Assembly (NCBI GenBank): GCA_016748015.1
Contig: JAAOMT010000436.1
Location: 1,941,511-2,005,510 of the forward strand
Direction of reading: 5' to 3'
Source of the DNA: Geosiphon pyriformis uo1
Lineage: Eukaryota > Fungi > Glomeromycota
Length of the DNA: 64,000 nucleotides
Made by a program: the position numbers and the translations under genes
Shown here: positions 27,835-41,130 of the stretch, one piece after another
Position numbering within the stretch: the stretch's first letter is position 1
How the letters are laid out: each line of letters opens with the position of its first letter
The notes under the pieces: generated by a model
Database searches by the model: none
Seen by the model: only the letters and a program-made list of their open reading frames with translations
What the model was told of the DNA's origin: nothing

Positions 27835-29046
27835 TTAGTCCAATGCTGATTTAAATATTATCAATGTTTATACAGATGAATTTTTAAAAAACTTGAATAT
27901 ACATGAAATAAAGTGTGGTGTAGCTGCATTTTTTGTTGATCTGAATCTAAGTATTGGTATTAAAGTTGGTGGTTTAGTATTTTTTACAATAACAAAATTA
28001 TAGGCAATTGCTTTGGCCTTAAAGTATATTCTGGTTTTCAATAATATCATGATATATTCAGATAATTAAGTCACTGTTACTCATAAAAAAAGTAAAAAAA
28101 ACAGATAAAAAAATAGACCAATAAGAGAATAGTACTTAGCAAATAAACACAATATCAGAAAATTATAACATATTGTTAAAGAAAATAAAACACATTGCTT
28201 AAAAAAATACAAGATTTTATATAACAAGAATTATATATATATAGTAAAAGTATTAGAAACAAAAAAAATAAAATTGATATTGACAATCAGTTAGAATCCA
28301 TTAATTACCCAATACTCTTTCTTTCAAAAAATAGTTTTTTACAACTTAAAATGAAATTAAACTACATATTAATAAAATATTAATTATTATTTGAAATTTA
28401 TGTTACTATTACATGATTAAAAAATCTTAATTAATTTCATACTATCAATATTTAATGTTAATAAAATCCAATACTTAATCACACTAGACCAATAGTTTTT
28501 AATTATGACTATTAATGGAATACTAATTTCTTATTTTTATTTATTTTTATTTGTTTTGTTTTTTTGTTATTTATTAATTGATTAAAAAAATTAAGCATCA
28601 AGTATTTAATATCAAAAATAGCCTAGTAAAAAACCCAAAAACAAAAGTAGAAATTTAAGAATAGTTTACCAGAAGAGCACAACTGTTAGAATAAACTGGC
28701 CATTATATTAAAAAAAAATTTTATAGAAGAAACCATTAATTAAATCTTTGTCTATTATATATAGAACTTAACCAAAACTTTCAAACTCCAAAACCTTTAG
28801 AAATTATTAATATTATCAGCTATTAAGCACTAAGTTACGAGTTTATTATTTGTTTTAACATTTCAAATATTTACTTATAACACTACTTTAGATGCATATA
28901 CTATAGAATTAGATATAATTTTACCTAACTTCTGTAATTGCTATTGGTTTAAAAGACATAATATTGTAAACTTTATTAAATATAAGGTGCTTGCTGTTTT
29001 TTAAATTAAGATTAAAGGCCATTTGAGTGTTTTAAATGATAACTAT
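27835..29046 (+). mobile_element. LINE RNase H fragment interrupted by a solo LTR
   Basis: NVYTDEFLKNL..CGVAAFFVDLNLSIGIKVGGLVFFTITKL*AIALAL..YSD [LTR] TLDAY..KIKGHLSVLND, homologous to 63666-63896. Confidence 0.8.
28075..28882 (+). repeat. Solo LTR (family E, inverted relative to 3288-4163)
   Basis: TGTTA...TAACA termini; reverse-complement match to 3288-4163. Flanks TCAC/CTAC are compatible with a decayed CCGC TSD. The RNase H reading resumes across it. Confidence 0.8.
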
Positions 29047-29849
29047 TGTTATAAATAATTATTTAAGATGTTGAAACAAATAACAAATCTGTAACTTGGT
29101 GCTTAATAGCTGGTAATATTAATAATTTCTGAAGATTTTAGAGTTTAAAAGTTTTGATTAAATTTTTTGTATAATGAATAGAGATTTAATTGATAGTTTT
29201 TTCTATGAATTTTTTTTTTAGCATAGTAACTAGTTTATTTTAGCAGTCATGCTCTTCTAATAAGTTATTCTTAAATTTCTACTTTTGTTTTTGGGTTTTT
29301 TACCAGATTATTTTTGACATCAAATACTTAGTGCTTAATTTTTTTTATCAATTAATAAACAACAAAAAAATAAAACAAAAGAAAATAAAAGAAAATTAAG
29401 AAAAAAAAGTAAAAAATTAGTATCTTGCTAATAGCCATGATCAAAAGTTATTAATTTAGTATAGTTAAGTATTGAAGTTTATTAACATAAGTTATTAATA
29501 GTAAAAAAAGTAATTAATATTTTTAATCAAGCAATAATAACATGAATTGGATAATAATTAAATATTTTTATTTAATATTGATAGATTTTTACTTCAAGTT
29601 ATAAAAAACTATTTTTTGAAAAGAAAAAAAAGATAAGTAGTTATTGCTAGCTACTGTTTTATTTGAGTTAAATTTTGAATACTTTTTTGCTTTTAATACT
29701 CTTACTATATAAACATAATTTGTATTATATAAGATTTCTGAGAATTCTGTAATTCTTTGAAAGGAATTCTGGAATTTTTTATTTTATTATGTCTATTTTT
29801 GATTGGTTATTTTACTTATTATTATAATTTATAATTTCTATAAATAACA
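29047..29849 (-). repeat. Solo LTR (E-like left part, D-like right part), flanks do not match
   Basis: TGTTA...TAACA termini. The left ~570 bp is like 3288-3850; the right end is like 39410-39520. Flanks are CTAT/ATAT and come from different LINE copies. Confidence 0.75.
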
Positions 29850-32800
29850 ATATGCTCTTCAAAACTAAGAAGTTATTATTACATAAAACATCAAATTTAC
29901 TATACACTAAAAAAATTCTATGTAAAAGAAGCTTTGATAAGATTTTCCAAACTTTTTTAATCAAGACTATTAGTTTAGTATTAATAAAAGTTTTTTTTTA
30001 ATTATATAAATTTAATATTATAAAGATCTAGGCTCTTTTTTATTGTATAGAAACTGTATTCAATCTTAGATACTTATTAAAAATGTTCAATAAACCACTC
30101 AACATCTATATATTACCATTTTTGCATAGCTTATTAAGAATATTAGAAAGACCAGCAGCTTTTCTATTAAGTAGTTTTTTAACTATTTCTAGAAACTTAT
30201 CAAAATTAATATCACATATTATCTCTAAGAATGCATTACTATTAACATAGTCTAGGAAAAAATATTGATTGGACTATCAATCTAATAAAACACTAAATAC
30301 TACATGTTTATTTGTTTAATCTTTCATAATCTTGTTAATATTATACTTAACTTCACAAGATTTCAAAACCAAATTATTGTTTACTACTAGATAATTAAGC
30401 ACTACTTACCGAACTGAATGTTTTAAAACACTTTTAATTATGCACTCTTTGTTAAAATAAAAGTTTTTTATATGTTTTTTTATTGTTTTCTGATAAGATT
30501 ATCCTTAACAACTTTGAATTTATAATATTTGGATTTGTAGTACTTTTTTTTAATGCTTGACAAGTACACCAGAATTTTATCTGTTTTTTTACTACTATTA
30601 ATTATAATCTCTGCTTTAAAAGCTTTTTTTCTGTTAATATTAGTCCAAATACTAAAAAAATAATCAGTCTTTCAAAAACAGTTTGAATTCAAACTTTTTA
30701 TAATCTTAATTACTAATAGTTTTAGCTTAAAAAACTTAAATAATTGTTTGTTTTTTAAATATTTATACTTACTAATCAATATTTAGAAAAAACTTTATCA
30801 ATAAAATCTACTATTACATTTTTTAAAATTTTTTATATTATATTTAGGTTACCACAGCTCTTTGTATTACTGAAATTTGTCATATTCATTAAAATTTTTT
30901 CCAAAAAGCATTTCTTAAACTATAACTACTTAGCAGTATTAACATTTTTAATTTTGAATTTCCACCTATTTTTGTTGGCTTGTTTGCATATGCTATTCAA
31001 GTAGATATTTAAAAAACTATCTAAACTAATTAAAACTAGAACTGTCTTGTGATTAATGTCAAAAAAATCAGATATAGAGTTGATTTCATGACCAATAATT
31101 GCAAGCAATAAACTTTTATTAACAAAAATATAATCTATGACTCTTTTAATACTTTTTAAATTGTTTTAAGTAAAAGCTTTTATCAATAAATGTTTATTAA
31201 ATAAATTGACCAAATTCAGATCTAAACAGAACTTAAAATTCAGACTTTTTTTGAACTTATTTTTGTTAAAATTCCCATTTAAAACCACAAAAATACTAGA
31301 GTTGACTGCTTTAGCAATGAGAAAATTGACTTTTATAGCTTGATCAAATTTTGTTTTACTAAATATACCAGTATATAAACCTAAAATTGTAATTAAAAGC
31401 TTGTTTTTGAAGAGAAGCCATACTAAAATAATCTGATTGAAAATTTTTTCCACTTTAAAAACATGCTGAGCCAGATAATTATTTATAATAATAGCTATTT
31501 CAATGCCAAAAAAACTTTTATTTAAATTAGACATAAAGATCTGTACTTAATCAAACTTATTTATAACTCATAACTTAGTATTAGATTTTAATTTCATTTT
31601 TGTAATAATAAAAATCATATTATCTATACTTGTGTATTAATAAACAATATTTTTGTGCTTTACAGAAACATTAATACTTCAAATATTATATATAGCAAAC
31701 TTTTATACTAAGCTGGTTATTAAAATAAAAAGAAAACCAAAAAACTTAAACCTAAGCACAACCAATTTAACTTTGCTAAAACTGAATTAATTAACATTTT
31801 AAAAACCACTATTTTTGATTCCAAGCCACTTACTTTAGTGGTCAAAACCTTTAAATTACTCAAACTAAAATCTGAAGTCTTATCTTTTACAACTAAAAAA
31901 AAAAGAATAAGTAATATTAACAAGTCTTTTAGAATTATATTTGAATCTAAATTTGAAATTGAAGATGCAAAAATAACTGGAAAAAAAGTATAAAAAGCAA
32001 ATATCAGAGACACCAGTTCTATAAAGCTTAATTTTTGCATAATACTAAATATTTGATCTTTCAAAAGCTCTAAAAAGCATTACAAAAAGACCAAATAAGC
32101 ATTTAAAGAGAAGTTATCTGGTAAAATAGAAAGAGATTTTCTATTAAAATCTAAAATACTAAGAAAAAAAAAGCCAAAACCAAAACATGTAAACAATTTG
32201 TCAAAAACAAAAATTATTAAAACTATTTGAGTTCATGATTTACAACCAAAAACAGCAGAATAAAAAATAAAAACTTTTTTTTTGACATATAATTTGACCA
32301 GCTAAAGGCAATTTTTATCTAAAACAAACTTCTTAAATATTTTTAAAAATTGAGAAATAGAAAAACCAAATGTACTGCACTCCAAAACAGAATGACCAAA
32401 ATGTTCACATTTTTTACATTAAACCAAATTTATCTTAGTCCAAGAGAGTTTTATATCACCAAAAATTGGCTCTATACAAAAGACAGCTTTTAATTTCTCA
32501 TCTGATTCAAAACCAACTATGGCATAATAAATTTTGTTACCAGTCTTAAATAATTAATTTATAACACAAGTTTTTTTTACCAGGTTCTTCCAATAGAACA
32601 CTAAGATTATGAGCAGTTGTTTTTATAGGCAATGTAAACAGAAGTATCTTAAACCAATTCCTTAACATCCAAACTTTACAATCTTCTACAGCTTTTATTA
32701 CATATACTGAATTTTTTTTGATAAAAAATAACCACTTTGTTGCCAATTAATCAGCCTAATTTAATTTAGTGAATTCTATTACAGTTTTCTATTACAGCCC

Positions 32801-33426
32801 AATTAATTGTAATCAGATTGATATTACTTGATTAAACTTAGAAAAAACTGTGACAATTATTTTTTTTTGTGTATTTATAAGAATTTTCTTAATAATTACA
32901 GTCCAATTTAAACAAATTTTTTGTTTTTTAATATTGTTATTTATGATGATTTTTTTATCTTCAGTCAATGATACAATTCTTTTCATATTTTTTTCAGATG
33001 TAAATATTGATCAAATAATCTTTTCAAATTTTGAGAAAATAGTAACCTTCTCAAAACTATTAATTAATAAGAAAATTTTCTTAATAAACTGAGTTTTTGT
33101 CATTACTGATTTCTTTTCCATAACTGAAAAATTAATATTTAATGCAAAAAATTTTTTAACAGCCACTTCAACTTGAGTCTTTATTATCTTTGAATTAATT
33201 TATCTTTTGTCAAAAAAAATATTAAGAAAAAAAGGAAGGGAATTTGTATCTTTATCTATTCTAAAGTTGATTAGACCAATAATAAAGCTATTATTCAAAT
33301 CAGTATTAAATCTTTTAGCTTTGAAAGTTGTCACAACTGAGTCAAGAAAAAAACCACCACCAAATTTTATTATAGTGCTTTATATCTTATTGTTATTAGA
33401 CTCACTATTTATATTTAAATACATAT
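29850..33426 (-). mobile_element. Degenerate LINE (ORF1, EN, start of RT), cut at RT by an LTR and in ORF1 by gypsy C
   Basis: ORF1 remnants 31720-33426 (LLFTLPIKTTAHNL, zinc knuckle C..CEHFGHSVLEC). EN N-terminus ~31560-31718 and 31166-31534 (ILGLYTG, VLNGNFN). RT start ~29850-30200. Confidence 0.82.
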
Positions 33427-34058
33427 TGTTATGAGTTGGAGTAACAAGCTAATGGATAGCAAGGGAGAATAGAATTGTAAGGTGATGAAAGGAATCAAAG
33501 AAAATTCAATTTTAAAGAGCAAATTGAATAAGTATGGATTCAATATGTAAGATTAGTCTCATAAAATATCTTAGTCACTATACTTTTCAAAAGATAACCA
33601 GGAATCTGAAGATAGAGGAATAGTCTGTACTGTCAACAAATAATTATGCCTAGTATAATTCTATGCCTTACATTAGTGCTCTTAGCATTCAATATCAGGT
33701 ATCAGATGTACTCTTTAGTCACATTTTATTGAATAATTTTCAAATGCTGCAATTACACATTTCAGGAAAAAAGTAAGGAATAACCAACAAATGATCTTTT
33801 ATTTCAAAATGTTCAGATATTTGAAGATAAGAAAAGGGAAATTTAGTAATAAAAGAAAGATTAAGATGAAAGTTGTTATTTTATTTCTTTGATTTCTTTG
33901 ATTTCTATATGTTTTTCTACTGCTAAGAGATTTATTACTTATATAGCTATCAAAAAGTGGTCAATAATTACTTTCTAAAAATAGAATGGCTAATTTATAT
34001 GACATCAATGGCTAATACATGTGATAATTAATAAGAAGTATAAGTTTCAACCATAATA
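33427..34058 (-). repeat. 3' LTR of family C element
   Basis: Direct repeat of 41131-41775; PPT complement (tcattctctccaaaaaaa) immediately adjacent. Confidence 0.92.
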
Positions 34059-34720
34059 TCATTCTCTCCAAAAAAATTGAGCTTTGACAAAATCAAGCTA
34101 TTCATAATATAATCTATTTGAAGAGTTTTATTTAACTTAAAGCTAACTAGTTTGTTGAAGTTTTTTGTGGATAGAGTATATAATATTTGAAGTGAAATGA
34201 GTTTTGTATCCAAAAGTCTAAATCTTTGTATTAGAGTTTTGGCTCTTTTAGCAATAGTTAAAACTCTTGGAACATTTAACTGTATAATGCCCAAAATTTC
34301 TGCTTGTATTTTTGAAGTTGTTTTTTTCATGAGTTTCATATCTTCTATAATTTTACCAAGGCAACTATAGAGTTCTAATTGCCTTCTATATGACAAGTTT
34401 TTGTCTATAAGTAAGATTTCTTGGAGTGTTTTTCCAATTATGCTGGAAGATAAGAGTATAGCTGCTGTTATACTTTCCAACAGATATTTATCCATTTTAT
34501 TACCAATTTTTTCTCTTTTGGTAGTAGTTTTCTTTGGTCTAATAACAGTATGTGTTCCATTGTTATTAGTTATGGTGGTTTGTTTTTCAATGGTCAAAGT
34601 AGCATTTGGATAGTTTTTAATCCAATACTCATGGAGAATATAGAAAACGTTTTGAATGTTTGATCCAGAAAATAATTGTTTATGTTGATTGAAGATATCT
34701 CTGTTTTGGGAATAATGCAT
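34028..34720 (-). CDS. ORF3 of gypsy family C (230 aa, unknown function, intact frame)
   Basis: Uninterrupted ORF between integrase and PPT that runs into the LTR. Homologous to ORFs at 47459-48094 and 51053-51760 and to the decayed copy at ~20690-21400. Confidence 0.7.
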   Translation of the reverse strand: MHYSQNRDIFNQHKQLFSGSNIQNVFYILHEYWIKNYPNATLTIEKQTTITNNNGTHTVIRPKKTTTKREKIGNKMDKYLLESITAAILLSSSIIGKTLQEILLIDKNLSYRRQLELYSCLGKIIEDMKLMKKTTSKIQAEILGIIQLNVPRVLTIAKRAKTLIQRFRLLDTKLISLQILYTLSTKNFNKLVSFKLNKTLQIDYIMNSLILSKLNFFGENDIMVETYTSY

Positions 34721-37700
34721 TTATTTATACTTGATTTTTGCTGATCATTTGAGTCAGTATTACCACAACAGACAACCAATCAGATTGTTTATGATATTTC
34801 TTGAATCATATATCATAAACAAGATGATCATTGAAGATTGTTTCAGATTGATCTTAAAGAATATAAGAACCATTATTTAAAACTTTGTTGACTAAAAAAA
34901 GTCCTTTCCATTGGCTAGAGAATTTATCACTATAGACATTGTCTCTATTTAAACAGTATTCTAATACCAAGTCACTAATACTTAAAAAAAGTATTTTATA
35001 GATTTTCTTTTTCTTAAGCTTTTTTTAAAACTGTTTTATCTTTTCAAAAGCAATTATTTGTGCTTCTATCAAGGAGTCAAGAATGGTATCAAGTTTTCTT
35101 TGCAAAATGTCTTTGTAATTTCCTATTGTGATTTCTTTAAAGGATATTGTTTCAATGTTAGTTTCTATTGATAGTATTGTTATGTGTTCATAGAACAGAT
35201 AAAAAGATTCATAACTTGTTATGTTATAATTTACAGTTTTATAAGCAAACAAAGCTGAAGGCAGTACTTTGTCCCATAAGTTTGTTTCTTTACTGGTTTT
35301 GGCTAAGGTTTTACATAGTGTTTTATTAAAACATTCTACTAGATTATTTGTTTGGGAGTGATAAAAGAAAGAAAGTTTATGACATATTCCTATTTTTCTA
35401 CAAAGTTTTTCAACCAGTGTACTTAGAAAAGCTCTTTCTTTATTAGATAAAAGTTTTTTAGGGCAGCCATAATGGCAAATGATATCTTTATAAATGAAAT
35501 TGGCTATTGAGACTGCTGTTTGGTTAGGAATAGCTCTTGTTTCTACCCACTTTGTAAGATATTCAGTAGCTATAATAATGTATCTGTTGCTATCAAGAGT
35601 TATTATTAAAGATCTAACAACATCTATACCAATTCTGTCAAATGATTAACCAACAGAGATTGGATGGATATCTTTTTTGCAATTAGATTTGCTTTTTCTT
35701 TGGCAGATGTTACAGGTTTTGATGTATTCAGCAATGTCTTTTTCCAAGATAGGCTAATAATAGCAAGCTAAAGTTTTCTGAATTGTTTTTGTTTTTCCAA
35801 AGTATCTAGCTAATAAGTTAGTGTGCATATTGTATATTACAATTTCTTTTTCTTTAAATCTGATGACTTTCTAAGGGTAGTTAGAATCTTTTTTATTTCT
35901 TTTATATAGCTGGTTCTGGCAAATTAAATAGAAATTTGATTGTTTGCACAATTGTTCTCTTTGTTGTCGAGTGTATTTTGGTGGGCATTGTTTTTTACCC
36001 AAAAATTCCATTAAGGCAAAGTAGTTGTCCAAGTCCATTATTATGTTTGTTTGTAAAAAAGTTACTAATAATTAAGTTAGTTTGGTTTAAGAGATTGTAC
36101 TATTACTAGATGGTAAGTTTAGAGAGAGCATCAGCATTTTAATGATTTGCTTTTTTGCAGTATTGAATATTATAGTTGAATTTATCCAAGTAGAGTATCC
36201 AGCAAATTATTTATTTGTGTTTCAGCTTTTTTTTATTGTGCAGCCAAACCAAAACTTGATGATTTGTTATCACTAAGAATTTTGCACCAAGAAGATATTG
36301 ATCCCAATAACTAGTAGCCCAAACTACTACTAAATATTTTTATTCAATAACTGAATAGTTTTTTTTTGCTGGTATAAGGGATCTACTGGCATATGCTATG
36401 GTATATTCTCTGCCATTTTCATCTTTTTGTGAAAGGACAGCACCAAGTCTATAGCCAGATGTATCAGTGTAGAGGATAAAAAGTTGGTCCAGATTAGGTT
36501 GTTTGAGAATGAGTTCAGTAACAAGTTTTTTCTTTAGAATTTCAAAAGCTTTTTGTTGATGAGTGCCCCAGTAATAATTGACATTTTTTCTAAGTAGCTA
36601 ATTGAGAGAAAATGTGATTTTGGAGAAATTCTTGATAAATTTGTGATAGTAAAAGGCCAAACCAAGGAAAGAGCATAGTTCAGAAACATTTATTGGTTGT
36701 CTGATGTTCTGAACTTTTTCAACTTTAGCTGGGTCAGAGAAGATTTCATTTTTTGTAATAAAATAACCAAGAAACTAGGTGGATTGGCATCCAAAAAAAA
36801 ATTTGATTGGATTAATCTTGAGGCCAGAATTTCTGAGCAGATCAAAAATCTTTTGTAAGTATTCAAGATGTTCATCTCAGGTTTTTGAGTAAATCATTAT
36901 GTTGTCTAAGTAGACCAGAACAAAGTTTTTTTTTACTGATTTAAATACTTTGTTCATTAGACATTGAAAGGTGGAAGGGGCATTGGTAAGACCAAAAGAC
37001 ATGACTGTGAATTCATAGGTGTCATACTTAGTAATGAAAGCAGTTTTCTTTCTGCTTTCTGGATCCATTTCTACTTGCCAGAATTCAGCAGTTAAGTCAA
37101 TAGTTGAAAAAAAAGCAGTACCATTGAATTTGTTTAGCATTGCATTAATTTTAAGGAGTGAGTATATGTCTCTTATAGTGATAGCATTTAGTTGATAGTA
37201 ATCAATACAGAAGTGTAGGGTTTCTCCTTTCTTGGATATCACTACAACTGAAAAAGCTTATTCACTCTTGGTTTTTTGTATGAATCCAAGATTTTTCATC
37301 TGGTTTATTTCTTTTTTGATAAACTTATCATTGTGTTGATTGAATTGATAAAGCTTTAAATAGATGAGATGAGTTTCTTTTGTGATGATAGTATGTTGTA
37401 TTACATGAATTCATCTAGGAGTATCACCTTCTTTTAAAATAACTGGGCTATTTCTAGCCAACAGATTTTTAATGTCCACTTTTTTTTCTTCAGGAGAAGA
37501 CTCTTTTTGTTTTACAACTAGTAATTGGATTTTAGATGGTTCACTCTCAAAGAACTTCTGTATTTCTTTTAATTCTTCTTTGAATATCAAACTAATTAGC
37601 TTCCAATCTTTGTAATAGATTAAACAAGACTTGCATTTATCACTAGGAGAATACAAAAATTTATTACACCAGCACTTAACACAAAAACTATACTACCAAT

Positions 37701-38782
37701 AACTGTATTTTGTTTCTTGCTAGGTTTTCTATCAAAGGTTTTTCTGAGGATATCATAATAGGGCCAACAGATCAGCTTGCCATTTACCATAATTTTTTTT
37801 TTGTCAGCTTTAATATTGTCCAGTGGTTTGCCATTGCTGGTAAAGATAGTATAGGTAAGTTTAGCAGTTTCTTCTTGTTCTTCTTAATTTTTTTCTTTAT
37901 TGCTCTCATCATTATCTGATTCATCTGATTGTTTTTCTTCTTGGTTTTGCTTGGCTACTGGAGAGGTTGTCTAATGATGGCATTTAACCACAATGGGTTT
38001 CTCACCACATCTGATAATCAGTTCACAGAGTTCATAATTAAGCAAGGCTTTTGCTTTCTTGAGTCATTCATTGCCAACTATTATGGTGTATTTTTTCACT
38101 TTAGATACTTCCATGTCAGTTTCAATGCTGATGCTATTAATTTGGACAGAAACAGCTTTAGCTATGCCCAGATTTTTCTTTTTATCACCATGTATGTTGG
38201 TCATTGGTCTTGTGGATGGTTCATCAATCTTTCTACCAATTGCTTCTAAAAAGTGTTTGGCAATGATGCTAACAAATAATTTACTGTTCAGAATCAGATC
38301 AATAAAGTAACCAGCTACTTGGACTTTACAAATGAGAGAGGTAATATTGCTGTTGTTAGCAAGTTCAGCTTGATGTGAGCATTTGTTAGTTTTTGGTGTC
38401 TTTTTTTTGGGAATCAAAGATTTGTGAAGGTCTTTTCTAAATTGGGGATGGATCATTAATTGGCCAAAGGTAATGTAAGCAGGCATTTCCATAAGATCTT
38501 TGACAACAGAATAGAGACCAAATTTTTGTACTATTTTTGGGGGTTCCAACTTTGGAGAATTCTTGAAAACTTTGGTTTTTGGTGGCTTATTGTTATCAGC
38601 AGTTGATTTGGATGCTTTGTTTGGGTCCAGAACGAAATCAATCTTGGCTTTTTTTTTCTTTTTTGTTAATTCAGAGATGTTGATTGCTAGTTTATCTATA
38701 TTATGGTCATTATCAGTTAGATTAAAAGCATAAAAGAGGTTTTTTTCTGGTTGGCTTGTACTTTCACCCTTTGGAGATATGC

Positions 38783-39520
38783 TGTTACAAGTGATTATTT
38801 GGGGTCTTAAATTAAATAACAAAACCTGTAACTTGGTGCTCAGAAGTTATTCACAATGATGATGATCTGAAAGTTTTGGTTGAGTTCTTTGTATAATGAA
38901 CAGAGTTTCAATAGGTGTTTATCTGTAGCTTTCTAGAATCACAATTCTGTCAATTTCTTTCTTTAGCTTAATAGCCAGTACTTCTCTGATAAGTAATCTG
39001 TAATTTTTTTACATGCTCTACTCACTTGCAGGGGTTTTTTACCAGGCAATTTTTGATGTCAATAACTCAGTGCTTTAATCTTTTAATTAATTAGTACATG
39101 ACAAAAGAAAAAAATAAATAAAAGAAATAAAAGAAAATAAAAAAATAAGCCAAAGCAATAAAGTTAGTATCTTGTCAATAGTCATAATCAAGAGCTATTG
39201 TTCTAGTGTAATTAAGTATCAATTACTATTAACATAAAGTGTTAATAGTAAAGAGTGAATTTGAGATAGTAATTAATTAATTATTTGATATTTGTAATGT
39301 GGAAGATTGATTAAATCAAATCTAAACTAAAAAATCTGTCTTTTTCTACTTCTAATGCTACCAATATATATACATAATTGAGATTCCTTAATTTCTCAAT
39401 TTTTCATACCAAGAATCCTGCAATTTCTTTGAAAGGAATCCTGAAATTCCACATTTACTATGGCTATTTCTGATTGGCTAATTTATATGCTAATATACTT
39501 CATATATTCTATGAGTAACA
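38783..39520 (-). repeat. Solo LTR (family D, 738 bp) nested at the gag/pro junction of element C
   Basis: TGTTA...TAACA termini. Flanks ATGC/GTAC are both one G>A from GTGC. The empty site is visible in the second C copy at ~25345-25385. Confidence 0.85.
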
Positions 39521-41107
39521 GTACCTACCAGTTTAAAGGCTAATAAACAATGGCTTCAACTAAGAGATCTTTTTCAAAAAAATTAATGTTGACATGATTG
39601 GGTTTTTGGTTGGAGACATTATTGTTGATAATTCTGTTGTTTTAATTGTCATTGTTTCTGGGAGCTGGAGAAGACAAGAGAGAATTGTTACAATTTTTGG
39701 ATAAATGTCCAGTTAATTCACAACGATAATACACAAGTGGGTCATGATTTTGTTGTTTTTAATAAGGGGGTTGCTGGAGTTGATTAAAATGGGGTTCAAA
39801 TCTGGGTTTTTGAGGTTGTTGATTCTCTCTGACTGCTTGGGCTAAGAGTTCCAGTAACTGGGCAAAATTAGCTGTGAGTCTATTTATTAACTGTTTATTT
39901 GGGTCTTGAGTTTGGACAACAAAAGAGGTAACAGCCATTTGGAGAACAGGAGCCATAACAGGAGCAGAAGCAAAAACTGGAAGTGTGAATTTCAAGTGCA
40001 TCTTTTGGTTGTTTTCAATTTGTTGGGCAAGTTCAATAGCCATGTTCATTGTGGGGTTGTTTTTCAGGACCAGAAGGAACCAAAGAGCATAGGACAAATC
40101 TGTTCTCAATCCTTTTGTAAAGGAATAAATCTTTTGTTCTTCTGTCCAGTTTCTTCCAGAATCTACTCTTTTAATTAACTTTCTAATGGCTTTGGCATAT
40201 TCAGTTACCATTTCACCAGGACCTTGAGTTTTTTTTTCTAGTTCTATGTATCATTTAGATATCAAGATAGGAGTTCTAAATTTCATTTCAAACTGAATAG
40301 TAAAAGAAGTGTCATCTTCTCCAGCATTTGTCAGTGTCTATCTAATAATTCTTTGCTAAGCATTGGCATTGGTTTCTTGTAAAAACCAAGTAGCAGGAGA
40401 GCCTTGAAGATAGCCACCAACAATTTGAATTATATATTCATTATCATATTGGTTAACTGTAGTAGCTCTTTCAAAGTCATCTAACCATTTAATTGGATCT
40501 TGTGCATTATTTTTAAACAAAAGTAATAAAGTGTTGTTTCTTTTTCCCAAAGCAGTTTGTATGTTTTGGAGGGCAATTAGAATGTTCTGTTGTATAAAAT
40601 TATTAGTCATTAGTTCAGGAGTTACTGTTTGAATAGAATGATCTGAATTACTTGAAAAGAAATCAAAAACAGGAGCAGTTTAATAGCTTTCTTCTTTTGT
40701 TTTAAGAAAAGTTTCAGTTGATTGATGGGCAGCAATCTAAGTATAGATTTGATGATTCAGATATTCGAAATCAGGAGACTGTTGTTAAAAGATTATGGAA
40801 TATAAAAGCTGATTGATGCTGTTGTTTCTTTTTTCAAAGTTGTCTTCAAAATAAGCTTGATCAAAGTAATAAGTTGTATAGGCTGTGTAGGTTTTAGCTG
40901 AATGCTTGTTCAGAAACCAGTTCCAAAAGTCTTAAAATTGTCTACTGGATTGTTTTTCAATGGGAAAGCAAATCAAGCAAGATGGCAAAAGATTGAGTTT
41001 AATAAAGTCTAGATCATTTTTGTTGTGTGCTTCAAAGTATTCTTCTGATTGTTGTGGCAGATATGAATAATTACCCATACAATAGAAAACAGAGTGGATT
41101 TTGACAA

Positions 41108-41124
41108 CCTCACAGAGAGCACCA
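41108..41124 (-). promoter_or_regulatory. Primer binding site TGGTGCTCTCTGTGAGG (probably elongator tRNA-Met)
   Basis: Lies 6 nt inside the 5' LTR and begins TGG (complement of tRNA CCA). A near-identical site is at 61431-61447. Confidence 0.8.
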
Positions 41125-41130
41125 TTTTTA

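Noticed and set aside
34028-34720. ORF3 as a retroviral envelope gene
   Set aside because: Too short, with no signal peptide, transmembrane anchor or fusion-peptide pattern visible.
38064-38822. N-terminus MLFNLRPQIITCN as the true start of the protease ORF
   Set aside because: Those codons come from the inserted solo LTR; the native upstream sequence is the frameshift region at 39521-39540.
41108-41124. tRNA gene
   Set aside because: Only the 17-nt 3' end including CCA is present next to an LTR; this is a PBS.
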